A DNA stretch of 64,000 bases, taken from positions 64,001 to 128,000 of IMG/VR virus record IMGVR_UViG_2595698455_000001, one strand, 5' to 3'. This stretch comes from a virus. Lineage: Duplodnaviria; Caudoviricetes. Position 1 is the stretch's first letter; each line of letters starts with the position of its first letter. Positions 46,653 to 57,074 of the stretch are shown here, piece after piece. The position numbers and the translations under genes are program-made. The notes beneath the pieces are model-generated. The model did not search any database. It had not been told where the DNA came from and was given only the letters and a program-made list of their open reading frames with translations.

Positions 46653-47348
46653 TCAATCTCCAGGATGATGTACACCGTCTTTATCGACGCGGAACCACTC
46701 TGGTAGTTCCGACCACGGCGTTTTCAAATCATTAGACATTTCGATAATTATCTCTTTGATCCCGTTCGGATCCCCACCACCGCCGTTGTCCACCCAATAG
46801 TCATAGCCATAGATGAAACCACTGACCACAAAGGTGAAAGTACAATCTACGTGCGGTGATTCAGAAGCGTCTCCTTCCCAGTTGTCCGACATCTGGTGAC
46901 CTGTCAACTGCAGCTTAATCTTCTGATCTTGCTGCAGTGTGTCGTTGTCCTTGATAGCACAGTCCAGAGATGGTGTGAACACAGAATAGATCTGTTCCAG
47001 CACCTGGAGCATCTCAACCAACTTCTTCGTTCGGATGTTGTACTCAAAATCGATATTGATGGGGATGCGCTGCTTCGCCCCTGCTGTCGGTGTGCTCTGG
47101 CGATTATGGAATGACTTTGTCACGCTCTTGTTTGGTTCGAATTGCCCAAAACTGAACGTCGCAAACGGCAGCATGTTGGACGGCACGTTACGATTGAGGT
47201 CATTGCGTCGCCCGATGGCCATATGCAATGGGACTTCCATAAGACCGCGCTCTGTGTCCACCTTCAGATCAGACATGATGGTGGCGAACAGATTGATATA
47301 TTTCAGCAGCGACTCATGGTAGAAGTAATTTTCAAATGGTCTGGCCAT
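46653..47348 (-). CDS. 15: gp15 tail sheath stabilizer / terminator
   Basis: YFYHESLLKYINLFATIMSD...EVPL...QVLEQIYSVFTP...GFIYG. Confidence 0.85.
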   Translation of the reverse strand: MARPFENYFYHESLLKYINLFATIMSDLKVDTERGLMEVPLHMAIGRRNDLNRNVPSNMLPFATFSFGQFEPNKSVTKSFHNRQSTPTAGAKQRIPINIDFEYNIRTKKLVEMLQVLEQIYSVFTPSLDCAIKDNDTLQQDQKIKLQLTGHQMSDNWEGDASESPHVDCTFTFVVSGFIYGYDYWVDNGGGGDPNGIKEIIIEMSNDLKTPWSELPEWFRVDKDGVHHPGD

Positions 47349-47350
47349 GA

Positions 47351-48001
47351 TTATTCTCCAAAGTCGATCTTCATCTTGTCTACTGCAAGCCCATGCTCAA
47401 GCACATCCGCCAAAGCATTGTCGGTCTTCATCGAAGAATCCTTGTACACATCCGGTTCGTTCTCTTCGTCCAGGATGGACAGGCGTTTGTCGATATCGTC
47501 GATCTCTGGCACCCCAGTATCGAAGTTTTCGTTGCCGTACTGGAACAACGTGCATGGCAGAGAGAACGTATACCATTTACCGAATTGCATGAAGTCTTCG
47601 TCATTGTTCGGGTTGTTGACCTTGAAAATCTTGTTCGCCAGCGGTAGGTAGATCAAATCACCTTCCTGGGGCTGTTGTTCTAGGCCGACACCGTTGCCAA
47701 TCACTTCTGCAAAGCGGCGACGAGAGATAGAGAACGTGACCTCGTCCTGTAGCTGAATGCCCCCGAACTTCTCCCACATCTGGGTGTTGAAGCCCTGGTA
47801 GTCCTGCATGTACGCTTCGATGTCGAACGCCTGATCGAATCTGTGGTTAGCATCGTTGGTGACAGGAAATTTTTCAACGATGGAACGTGGTATATACTTG
47901 ATGTCTATCCCACGCAACTCAATCATTTCCTGCACCAGGTCATCAATCAGCTTTTGAGTGCCGTTGTGTCCGGTGTAATTGAAGTATCGAGAAGTAGCCA
48001 T
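47351..48001 (-). CDS. 14: gp14 neck protein
   Basis: QKLIDDLVQEMIELRGIDIKYIPR...PQEGDLIYLP...FQYGNENFDTG. Confidence 0.88.
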   Translation of the reverse strand: MATSRYFNYTGHNGTQKLIDDLVQEMIELRGIDIKYIPRSIVEKFPVTNDANHRFDQAFDIEAYMQDYQGFNTQMWEKFGGIQLQDEVTFSISRRRFAEVIGNGVGLEQQPQEGDLIYLPLANKIFKVNNPNNDEDFMQFGKWYTFSLPCTLFQYGNENFDTGVPEIDDIDKRLSILDEENEPDVYKDSSMKTDNALADVLEHGLAVDKMKIDFGE

Positions 48002-48059
48002 AATATTTTCCTCAAGATTTAAATATATTTAGTTGAATTTGTTTTTAAGGTGAATCAAT

Positions 48060-48767
48060 ATGATCGTCTTGACAGAAGAAATTGCTTCTAAGAGAATCAA
48101 CTCATATGCTTCTTCTAAAGGTGGAATATTTCACGGATTTGTCGGTGGTAAATTTGTCACCAACCAAACTAAGTGTATTTTGTTTTGTGAATCAGGCCAT
48201 GAATGGCACTCAGCAACTTACGTGAATTTGATAAACAAAGGGAGTTGGTGCCCTTCATGTCGTGGAAACAAGAAAATCTCAAATGAAGAAGCTAAAGTCA
48301 GGTTATCAGAGTATGCCGTAAGCAACGGTGGTAAATTCATAAATTTCATTGGCGGGAAGTACAGGGACAATGTGACAATTTGTGTCATGGAATGTTCTGA
48401 AACACACAGGTGGGAATCCAGGTACGGTAATTTAGTCAACAGCCGAAGTTGGTGCCCGTATTACGCAGAATCGGGTTACAATTATTCTAAGGAAGGTTTC
48501 TTATATATCCTAGTCAACGACGAAGGTTGTATGAAAGTAGGAATAACCAACTCGCCTAAGAAACGCATAAATTGTTTAAGAAGCACTACCCCATTTGACT
48601 TCAACGTTCTGGAAATATTCAATTCAACCGACGGATTATTTGTTTCCAGGTTGGAAAGAATTTCTCATAGAATGTGTAAAAGTGCGGGGTATAAGGATTT
48701 TGACGGTGCGACTGAATGGTTTGTATACGATGGGTCAGTCGTAGATTTTATCAGAAAGAATTTTTGA
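48060..48767 (+). mobile_element. Endonuclease gene with N-terminal zinc-ribbon repeats and a C-terminal GIY-YIG (T5orf172-like) domain
   Basis: CESGHEW...WCPSC repeated (second copy degenerate, WCPYY); FLYIL...MKVGITN..KRI...E...DGATEWF; AT-rich, antisense. Confidence 0.78.
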
Positions 48768-48835
48768 AGTGGCCATATCAATACCCTCAATTTTGAAGGT
48801 ATTTAGTCGAAGTTTATTCTTTTGAGGAATAGCTC

Positions 48836-49060
48836 ATGCAAGTGGAAGACATCAAAGAAACACGCGATGGTCGTCGAGTTCGTATTATCTGCATCGATGC
48901 GAAAATCGCAGACGGGGCATATGACATCGTTGGCTTAATCAAGGAGCCAAACGGCACCGATTTCATCGAATGGTGGGATAGCAAGAACATCAGTGATTCT
49001 GGGAAGTATATCCTGGCCGGGGACAGGTCTCATATCAGTGACCACGACCTCAAGCTGTAA
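48836..49060 (+). CDS. Hypothetical protein
   Basis: GAGGA SD; TRDGRRVRIICID motif; terminator at about 49063-49087. Confidence 0.65.
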   Translation: MQVEDIKETRDGRRVRIICIDAKIADGAYDIVGLIKEPNGTDFIEWWDSKNISDSGKYILAGDRSHISDHDLKL

Positions 49061-49088
49061 AAGAAAGCCGGGATAACCCGGCTTTCTG

Positions 49089-49841
49089 TTATCCCATGTA
49101 GAAGTCGATAGGGTACTGCTGTCCAGTGCGCAGTTCTTCCTCCAACCGCTCGATCTCCGCTTCGGCCTCACTGAACATAGTATCACCATCCAGCTCGATA
49201 CCGCCAGGGAGACGGATGCCTCTTGCCTTCTTCAGCACTTCTGCCCAACGGCGTTTGACCAGCGCGGTTGCATATGCCTTCAGCCACATGTCATTCCATG
49301 CTTCTTCATTGCCTTCTACCTCTGGGTCTATGTTCTGGAAACATTTGAACGCCAGAGCCTCGTCCTTCGTCAGGGCGAATTGAGGATAGAGTTTGCGCTG
49401 GAATTTCTTGTACACGAAGGTGCGCTTCACGTTCAGCACACTGGTGATGTCAGACAGACGCTGCTGCATGGACACGTAGTCGATCAGGCGGATAGACACC
49501 AGCGCCGACTTCGGCACCAACATCGCTTGTGCCATCTGCCACTGAGGAGTTGCCCAGTTGCCGATAGATTCGATTGGTGGTCCTGGAATGACTTCGGTGA
49601 CGTCGTCGATATCTTTGGGGAATTCGATATAACCATTGGTAATGGTTTCTTCTGTCACTTGGTGAACAAAGAACGCGTCTTGGCTACCATCGCGATGATA
49701 TTCCCAGAATTTCTGCAGAGCGTCATCCACGGCATCCGATACCTGTGTTGGGTCAAGGTTGATCTGAATTACAGGTGCCCCCAATTTCTTGAGAATGTAA
49801 TTCATAAAGCCTTTACGGTCTGTGATTGAATTAACGGCCAT
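49089..49841 (-). CDS. 13: gp13 neck protein
   Basis: YILKKLGAPVIQINL...FWEYHRDG...WLKAYATALVKRRW...LPGGIELDG. Confidence 0.9.
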   Translation of the reverse strand: MAVNSITDRKGFMNYILKKLGAPVIQINLDPTQVSDAVDDALQKFWEYHRDGSQDAFFVHQVTEETITNGYIEFPKDIDDVTEVIPGPPIESIGNWATPQWQMAQAMLVPKSALVSIRLIDYVSMQQRLSDITSVLNVKRTFVYKKFQRKLYPQFALTKDEALAFKCFQNIDPEVEGNEEAWNDMWLKAYATALVKRRWAEVLKKARGIRLPGGIELDGDTMFSEAEAEIERLEEELRTGQQYPIDFYMG

Positions 49842-50169
49842 TGCCATTCCTTTTGTTGCTCTGAAGATCGGCGACGGTGATACGCAGGGTGCGAACGTCG
49901 TCGGACAGACTGCTGCTATTGAGTTTTAGCTCAGCAACGTTCTGCTTGACGTAGTTGACGTCTGTGTTCAACACGGCAATCTTCTCACTCATATCGTTCA
50001 CCTTGGTGAGGATTTGGTCGACCTTGTTGGAGTCACGCTCAATCACATCAAGACGGTTCTCAAATTTGCCCATCATCCAAACAACAGAGCCGACAGAGAC
50101 TATCGCTGCCGTCAGCACTCCTGTGAGGATGGCTTTCACATCAATGATATTATTCGTCGACGTTGTCAT
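49831..50169 (-). CDS. Membrane-anchored coiled-coil protein
   Basis: One hydrophobic segment (AILTGVLTAAIVSVGSVVW) followed by heptad repeats. Confidence 0.65.
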   Translation of the reverse strand: MTTSTNNIIDVKAILTGVLTAAIVSVGSVVWMMGKFENRLDVIERDSNKVDQILTKVNDMSEKIAVLNTDVNYVKQNVAELKLNSSSLSDDVRTLRITVADLQSNKRNGNGR

Positions 50170-50401
50170 CTTGGCCTCCTGTAGGGATTTCGATCCCGAG
50201 GTGCTCCGCCATGAGTTGTACCGTCGCTGTCAGTTGATCTATCTGCGCTGCCTGCGCTGCAATAGTCCTGTCCTTTTCTTCCTGATTTCGACGGGCGTTC
50301 AGAGCCGCTAAACCAGCAGCACTGTCTGTGCAGATGATAGCCCCAGGGCAAGAGCTACTTCTCATCATCGATGCATGCCCCTGTACTTTTACACCACGCA
50401 T
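50150..50401 (-). CDS. Hypothetical protein
   Basis: 83 aa, GAGGA SD, C-terminal coiled coil. Confidence 0.65.
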   Translation of the reverse strand: MRGVKVQGHASMMRSSSCPGAIICTDSAAGLAALNARRNQEEKDRTIAAQAAQIDQLTATVQLMAEHLGIEIPTGGQDDNVDE

Positions 50402-50451
50402 GATAATATCCTCTGTTGATGGCGGGGTTGCCCCCGCCTTGATAATACTAC

Positions 50452-53400
50452 TTATGCCAGAGCGATCAAACGGAAATCTTTGAACGATGGCGGTGCTGTA
50501 CGGTTGCCTCTCACCAGCAGGCGGATCTTCAGGCCAACAAACGGATTGGTGCTGTCCACAGTCTTGTCGTATTCGTATTCGAAGAATGTAGAACCGTCAT
50601 TGACCAGAGGGGATGTCGGTGTCACAGTTTCCCATGCCACACTATCCATCTCCTGACCTGCACGCAGCAGTTTAACCTGCACAGTCATTGAAGACTGAGA
50701 AGGCAGCATTGCGCCGAAGTACTGTTTCAGAGTAGTGCAAGGGTTATCGAAGCCGATATCCTTGGTCACGTAGCTGAACACGTCTTCAAACGGATCCACA
50801 CCATAGGTGTTGAATATGATAGTGAAGTCATCACCATCGATCATCGGAGCCGTGTACACGTTGCTTTCATTGCGCGTCATGGTTGCCCGCACCTGGAAGT
50901 CACCCACTTGGCGATAGATTCCTTCCGTCGGCAGCGGCACGTCCGTATCAGATTCGAACTCAGCCCAATCAGAGAATGAGTTAGAGGTCGCATCGCGGTA
51001 GCGGTATTCCAGTTTCAACACAGAACCTTCCAGAGCTGAATTGGTCACACTTGCATAGAACATGTCGACCAAGTAGTTGCCCAGGAAAGAAGCCGCCTCG
51101 CCGCCAATCTGGCCGTCAGAGTCTGCGCTAGAACTCAGCACAACTTTGAACGTCGTGAACGTCGCATCAGTCACTGTATGCTGGATGTTCAGCTGCTCTG
51201 GAGTAAACCCACAACCTCCTGTCAGACCGGACAATGTCACCGTTTCACCCGCAGTCAGGCCATGCCCTGGAGCGTACACAGTGACAGTTGAAGAACCATT
51301 GACACAGTTCACAGCGTTCAGACCCAGAGGACGAGTCTTCGGACCGACTTTAGCATCGAAGGTTACTATGTTGTCGCCAGCACCGAAGTTGCAGCGATAC
51401 ACACGGAACTTCATATCAGCAGTCTGGTTCGGAGTCCAGGTCGTACCGTTGGAAGATGTGAAGAATACGCCAGTGTACGGCTGCTTGGCGATGAACTCGT
51501 TGGTCAGCAAGTTCTTTTTACCCATCTCTGCGATGTATGCATTGTAGTCCTGAGTGTTGGCCAGGAGAACAATCGCGAACTCAGTCTGAGCCTGCAGATA
51601 CACAGGATAATCAAACTTGAACATCGTCGGTACAGAAGAGTCTGTGGAGGTGAAAACTTCTGATGGGTTCAATGTCTTACGAGTAACCACTGTCGTCGCT
51701 GGCAGACCATTGCTCATCTCACGGATTTCCAGAGTGATCGGGATATCGCGAGACTTGGTGGAGAAGAACACTTCAATGCCTTCGATGTATTCGCCGCCGA
51801 TGTTGGTGGCAACCATGAAGGATTGAGCAATCGGGTCATTCCACTTCGCGACTTCAACCGTTTCCGTTTTGTTTTCGGTAGACTTGGTTGCAGTGTAGCC
51901 CAGCACACGAGTGTTGACATAAGTCTTCTGGATGCCCTGTTTCTTACCAAAGGACTTGTGAACGGCCTCGGCATTGGTCAGGGTGTCATCAGCAGATTTG
52001 CTGTCTACAGGACTGTCAGTCAGACGGAACACGTTATCACCCGTGTTGAACTTGATAGTCTCGTTCTGAGGAACTGCAAACACGCCTTTGATGTTGCCAT
52101 TGGCATCAGTGTTCAACGCACCGCCCAGTGTCCCGCCGTTTGGAGTACAGTACGGACTGACATCACGCCCAGAGAAGAACGGATATACACGAGTAAACGG
52201 ACGCAGACCTGTGGCTTCGAAGTTGATGTTCGTTTTGCGCATGTATGGGATAACCTGCGTTTCAACGATCTGTTCGCCAGTCAGGGTAGTGGTCGTCTTG
52301 TCGGTGTACGTGTACGTGGTGACGTCACGGGTGGACACAGTCGTGCGGTAGCGATAGCCCCACCATACACCGCCTGCGCCATGTGGTTCCCACACACGCT
52401 CAGACACAGACACAGTACGCCATGTGCCATACACAGAACCCTCTTTGATCGCACCACGGGTGTTGATCGTTTCGTTGATCACACGTGGAGCAACATAGTA
52501 GTTCTCAAACCAGTAGTCAGTAGTCGGGTTCAGTTTCAGGAAACCTTCCCAGTTGAATACTGCATACGGGTTCACGTTGATGGTCGTGGTCGCATAGTCC
52601 TGACGTACAGAGATCTCACGGGTGTAGTTACACACAACCATTCCATCCTGAACGTTGTTCCAGCCGACTGGCGTCAGGTCAATCGCGTTCTGCTGAACAA
52701 ACGGGCGCAGGCGACCATTATCAGTATCGATGGACCCCATCCAGTCTGGAGACAGGTCGTCGATCAGACGGAAGTCTTTGAATGGATCGGCAGCGATACC
52801 ATTTTTGAAGCGCGGGTTGCCAGTGATCGGGTCGAACACCTGCTGAGTCATAGCCGAGGATTCCAGCTGAGACAGCGAGGTGTAGTATTCGACGTTGGAG
52901 ATACGGGTCTCCAATTTGCCGATATCGCGCATCGTGTAGCGGCGGTTGTCGATAGTGCGGATCTGGATGTCATCGATGTTAGCTGTGTAAGGCGGGATCA
53001 TCAATTCGTACAGGCGCATGCCGTTGTCTGGGATTGCAGGCGAAGCCAGATTGTTGGAGCTCACGCCACGCGCTACGTTGAACACGCCATTGTCTGCCAG
53101 GTACACAGCATCGATGCGAGGCAGATAATATTCTGCGTCTAGGATGATCGCGGTGTTCGGACGAACCATATCGGTGTCAGAAGCGCCGCTGGTGATCTTA
53201 GGACGGAAGTCCAGGCTATCAGCCAATCCATACACCGTACCAGAACTGGATGAAACATAGTTCGGGATGTCCTGGTAATCGATAGACGAATAGGAGTCCG
53301 CTGTGAAGAAATCACCGGAGCTGTGAGCAAAATACTGATACACCACCGTGAACGTCCCTGAAATGACCCCAGTGCCCGATAACAGGTTAGAACGGTAGTA

Positions 53401-55290
53401 TGCAGCATCACGCTGGCCGCCGTCCAGAGTGAAGTTCGAGGTGACGTCAGCGCCACTTGAGTTCTTCACACTGACCAGCTTGTAGCCGTCATGGTTGCCA
53501 AGCTGTATGCTGGCCGCCGAAGTGAACGTCACGGTCTCAGTCACTTCAGTCACGGTCTTGGTTTTGATAGTCGCTGTCGTGCGTACCATCAACGCCAAGA
53601 GGTTGATAGACTGGTTGGCAAAGCCTGCACCCAGGGAAATTTGCAGAGCCGAACCAACAGGAGTACCAGTCAGGGACAGACCTGAAGATACATCGAACTG
53701 AGCTGCAGTACCATCTGCCTTCGCCGCCGAATACAAAGAGAATTCAGGACTGAAGCTGTACCCCAGAGGAGCAGAGATAGAGCCTGCGCCAGCAGAGTTC
53801 AGAGTGATCTTGTTAGAACGCAGAACAGTGTAGTTGATATCGATGGTCCCAGTAGGCGCGAGGGTCTTCACGCCGAACACAGGCAGAGGGAAGATCAGGT
53901 CAATCGCCGAACTCTGGCTAAACTGGTTGGATTCCAGATCGCAAGAGAACATTGTTGTACCGCTTTCTTCGTATGCAACCTTGGTTACAGCACCCATGTC
54001 ACCAGTCACAACCAGATCTCGCATATACAGACGGAATTCAGTGCCAGAGCGCTCCGCTGAAATCAACAGCGCTGTGGCCTGGGTTACGCTTGAGGCGTTC
54101 AGGAACTTGTAGCGGATCGTGCGAGAGATGACTGGAACCCCTTTGGAGTTCTTGGACACCAGGTAGTTGCCTGTGGAAACCGCCACAGGGTTGTTGTTCA
54201 ATATGTCGGTGTCACGAGCCTTGTCTATGGTGACCAGTTCTTCACCGAGATTCTCGATTCGACGGCCTCGTACATAGGAAATCCCTGGCTTCATAACAGC
54301 CACGAATTTGCTTTCGTCCCCGCCTTCGCCAGCAGTGTAGACCCCACCGTTGTTGTTCTCTTTCAGGTGCTCGCGCAGGTCGATCTGATGAGTAGAGACG
54401 TTGTAATCCCCGTTGGTCTCATAGGTACGCTGTGCCATACTGTCTTCGAGGATGTTGTACGTGGACTGAGTCACCATGGACTGAATGCGACCATCCTTCA
54501 CCTTCGCTAGTTCAACGAAGTTGGACACTTCTTCGTTATAATCGAAGCGGGACAATACCAGGTCCACGCGGAAACGATGCGCGCCGGGGGCTTTAGAGTT
54601 TGGGGTTCCCTGAGCATTGGAGAACAGACTTTCGTCTTCTACTTCAGTGACGATGGTCTCTGTTACTTTGAAGCCCACGCGGTGCGAAGTGGAGTTGGAT
54701 GTCTTGTCCACAATCAGAGTCGCTGGCTCAACATCCAGGAACATGCCACGGACGAAGTAAACGCCTTTGGTCATGCGAGCAACGATAGAACCGCCGACAG
54801 TCGCAGCAATGCCATAACCGATACGAATGAAGTTATCGTTCACGTCGTATGTGTTGAAATACAGATTGTCACTAACACCAAAGCCGTCAGAGGAACCGCT
54901 TTCAGTCATCTCCAGAATGGCATACATCGTGTCGGGTTCTGAAACATAGCGCTCCAGGGACAGTACACGCGCCTTGGCGTTGTTGTCTTTACCCAGGACG
55001 TACAGTTCTGCGATGTTTTCCAGGTCGGTGAACTCAGTACCGCCAGCCAGAGTGAACTTCATGGACACTGCAGTGTTGGTGATCGTCAGGCCACCTGGGA
55101 TAACCATGGAACCGTCTTTGAATAGATGATTGCCAAGTTTCTCCAGTTGGTCCTGGAAGATGGTCTGCATCTGGTTTAGTTCACGCGTCTGAACTTTGAT
55201 AGGTGCCGGACGGAATAAGATGCGCGAAAACCGCTTCTCTGGATTCCAGTCATCCCAGTACGGGCGGCGGTTGAGGTTCATTTCTTGCAT
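50452..55290 (-). CDS. VrlC-like large virion/baseplate protein
   Basis: 1612 aa; NLNRRPYWDD...VQTRELNQMQ...APGAHR...YYLPRID...YTMRDIGKLETRI; typical Ackermannviridae position after the tailspikes. Confidence 0.85.
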   Translation of the reverse strand: MQEMNLNRRPYWDDWNPEKRFSRILFRPAPIKVQTRELNQMQTIFQDQLEKLGNHLFKDGSMVIPGGLTITNTAVSMKFTLAGGTEFTDLENIAELYVLGKDNNAKARVLSLERYVSEPDTMYAILEMTESGSSDGFGVSDNLYFNTYDVNDNFIRIGYGIAATVGGSIVARMTKGVYFVRGMFLDVEPATLIVDKTSNSTSHRVGFKVTETIVTEVEDESLFSNAQGTPNSKAPGAHRFRVDLVLSRFDYNEEVSNFVELAKVKDGRIQSMVTQSTYNILEDSMAQRTYETNGDYNVSTHQIDLREHLKENNNGGVYTAGEGGDESKFVAVMKPGISYVRGRRIENLGEELVTIDKARDTDILNNNPVAVSTGNYLVSKNSKGVPVISRTIRYKFLNASSVTQATALLISAERSGTEFRLYMRDLVVTGDMGAVTKVAYEESGTTMFSCDLESNQFSQSSAIDLIFPLPVFGVKTLAPTGTIDINYTVLRSNKITLNSAGAGSISAPLGYSFSPEFSLYSAAKADGTAAQFDVSSGLSLTGTPVGSALQISLGAGFANQSINLLALMVRTTATIKTKTVTEVTETVTFTSAASIQLGNHDGYKLVSVKNSSGADVTSNFTLDGGQRDAAYYRSNLLSGTGVISGTFTVVYQYFAHSSGDFFTADSYSSIDYQDIPNYVSSSSGTVYGLADSLDFRPKITSGASDTDMVRPNTAIILDAEYYLPRIDAVYLADNGVFNVARGVSSNNLASPAIPDNGMRLYELMIPPYTANIDDIQIRTIDNRRYTMRDIGKLETRISNVEYYTSLSQLESSAMTQQVFDPITGNPRFKNGIAADPFKDFRLIDDLSPDWMGSIDTDNGRLRPFVQQNAIDLTPVGWNNVQDGMVVCNYTREISVRQDYATTTINVNPYAVFNWEGFLKLNPTTDYWFENYYVAPRVINETINTRGAIKEGSVYGTWRTVSVSERVWEPHGAGGVWWGYRYRTTVSTRDVTTYTYTDKTTTTLTGEQIVETQVIPYMRKTNINFEATGLRPFTRVYPFFSGRDVSPYCTPNGGTLGGALNTDANGNIKGVFAVPQNETIKFNTGDNVFRLTDSPVDSKSADDTLTNAEAVHKSFGKKQGIQKTYVNTRVLGYTATKSTENKTETVEVAKWNDPIAQSFMVATNIGGEYIEGIEVFFSTKSRDIPITLEIREMSNGLPATTVVTRKTLNPSEVFTSTDSSVPTMFKFDYPVYLQAQTEFAIVLLANTQDYNAYIAEMGKKNLLTNEFIAKQPYTGVFFTSSNGTTWTPNQTADMKFRVYRCNFGAGDNIVTFDAKVGPKTRPLGLNAVNCVNGSSTVTVYAPGHGLTAGETVTLSGLTGGCGFTPEQLNIQHTVTDATFTTFKVVLSSSADSDGQIGGEAASFLGNYLVDMFYASVTNSALEGSVLKLEYRYRDATSNSFSDWAEFESDTDVPLPTEGIYRQVGDFQVRATMTRNESNVYTAPMIDGDDFTIIFNTYGVDPFEDVFSYVTKDIGFDNPCTTLKQYFGAMLPSQSSMTVQVKLLRAGQEMDSVAWETVTPTSPLVNDGSTFFEYEYDKTVDSTNPFVGLKIRLLVRGNRTAPPSFKDFRLIALA

Positions 55291-55373
55291 TTAATACCTC
55301 CAAATGTTGTTGTATTATTTAGTTGTTGCACCCCCAAATGTTATTTGGGTGGGGATTACACCCCACCCGTCTA

Positions 55374-57020
55374 TCACCCCAATTTGTACCAGGACCAACT
55401 AGGACCAGCGCTATACACGAGTGTTATGGTGTCCATTGGGAGTAATATTACGGTGCCGTTTGTTATACCGAGAGTACCCCCATTTCTGAGAATAGCACTA
55501 ACAGTGCCACCCCCAATTGTAACGACAACAACACGCCCCGTCGTGTTTGTGACTGAAGACCCGGATGCAGGTAATCCTGGTGTGGTGATATCCAATTGAT
55601 CATTCTGGAATTTTACACCCACTGCATTATTGGGATCTACCAACCCATCGACCTGAGAAACATTTGGATTGATTATCAAGAACCGGTTTGTTGAGCCAAC
55701 TGGCGCTTGAGCCAAAAATTGTGTCCACAAACTGAACTGACAACCGATAAATGTATGTCCGCCAGAAGTCGGCACTCCGTTATACAATGCGATGTTAATA
55801 TTTTCAAAATCGCAACCGATAAAATTATTCGTGAATGACACGCCATCAAGGAATGACACGCCATAGCTCGCATTTCCAAAACTACAAGACACATAGGTTG
55901 TAAACCCAACTTGTCGAACAACAAGCGCACGCCCCACATTAACACCAGTACCGGTTGCATAACAATTGGCGCGCACATTAATTAACGAGCATTGGACACC
56001 GTATTCTAAACTCAGGGCCACAACATTGTTATCACCAATGCTGCTGCTGTTTAGAAACGCCAAATCCTCAAGGCGTGCCACATTCAAAGGATCCACAAAA
56101 TTAGTGTTCCCGATTTGACACAAGATCCCAGCGTGTGATGAACGAACACTCATCCCTTCCCAAACAAAATCATACCAATCTGCGGTCGACTTGATAATTA
56201 ATTGAGTAACACCTGCAGCTGCGTTAGGAAACCTCAACTCTGTTCTGCTCACGCCCGCACCATATATTTTTATACCAGGCGCATCCATGTTTAATGTAAC
56301 GGGGCTGGAGAAGTTATACACATGGGGAAGAAATTTTATTGGACGACCACTTGATAATGACTCGGTTAACACACGTTGTATTGCATTGTCATAAGTTGTT
56401 TCTCCAGAAAATAAATAATCGTCTATAACGAGATCGGCGTGGTTATTAAGTTTTGTGGTGCTTATTTTAAGAGTAGATAAATCATTTTGCACGTTTCCAT
56501 CCGCTGAACCGATAACACCAGCGCCTGCCGAACTGAACAAATTTTCTCTCAAAGAAGGATCATAAATTTTTATCCAAGTGGTAGGAGAAATACCACCACT
56601 TGCCTCTGGTGAAGAACCAAGAGGTACAATTTTAGGGAATGTGCCACCCCATCGATATTTACCATCATCGTGGGTGAGTAATTCATTTTTTACGCCAAGT
56701 GTGCCACCAACTGTGAATGTGCCACCAACTGTGACAAATTCACCACGCAAAACAGCCAGTGCCCCCAAATCGACAGTCCCCCCATTATGAGTGAGAATGG
56801 CATTTGTTAAGGAGATGAAGACGGAGTCGGAAGGTAAGTCGGAAGGTAAAGCATAAGAACGCTCTGTGTTCTTATCGTAGATTACTTTATACCCAGATAA
56901 AGATACGCCCGCTTTGGCATACAATACCTCAGACTTCTTACACCCGAATTTGCGGGCGATGGAATCCTTGTTAGTCTCTTTTGAAACAGAACCTTTCGGC
57001 TGTGAGAATTGCGAGTTCAT
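55374..57020 (-). CDS. Tailspike protein (TSP1/3-type head-binding domain plus beta-helix receptor-binding domain)
   Basis: MNSQFSQPKGSVSKETNKDSIARKFGCKKSEV N-terminus; DNAIQR...IYGAG beta-helix entry; AT-rich. Confidence 0.88.
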   Translation of the reverse strand: MNSQFSQPKGSVSKETNKDSIARKFGCKKSEVLYAKAGVSLSGYKVIYDKNTERSYALPSDLPSDSVFISLTNAILTHNGGTVDLGALAVLRGEFVTVGGTFTVGGTLGVKNELLTHDDGKYRWGGTFPKIVPLGSSPEASGGISPTTWIKIYDPSLRENLFSSAGAGVIGSADGNVQNDLSTLKISTTKLNNHADLVIDDYLFSGETTYDNAIQRVLTESLSSGRPIKFLPHVYNFSSPVTLNMDAPGIKIYGAGVSRTELRFPNAAAGVTQLIIKSTADWYDFVWEGMSVRSSHAGILCQIGNTNFVDPLNVARLEDLAFLNSSSIGDNNVVALSLEYGVQCSLINVRANCYATGTGVNVGRALVVRQVGFTTYVSCSFGNASYGVSFLDGVSFTNNFIGCDFENINIALYNGVPTSGGHTFIGCQFSLWTQFLAQAPVGSTNRFLIINPNVSQVDGLVDPNNAVGVKFQNDQLDITTPGLPASGSSVTNTTGRVVVVTIGGGTVSAILRNGGTLGITNGTVILLPMDTITLVYSAGPSWSWYKLG

Positions 57021-57074
57021 GAAGAATCTCCTGTCGTTACTTATGAAGAATATATGTTTATGATGAAGAAAGAA

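Noticed and set aside
51823-53142. 439-aa plus-strand ORF
   Set aside because: Antisense shadow of the VrlC-like gene
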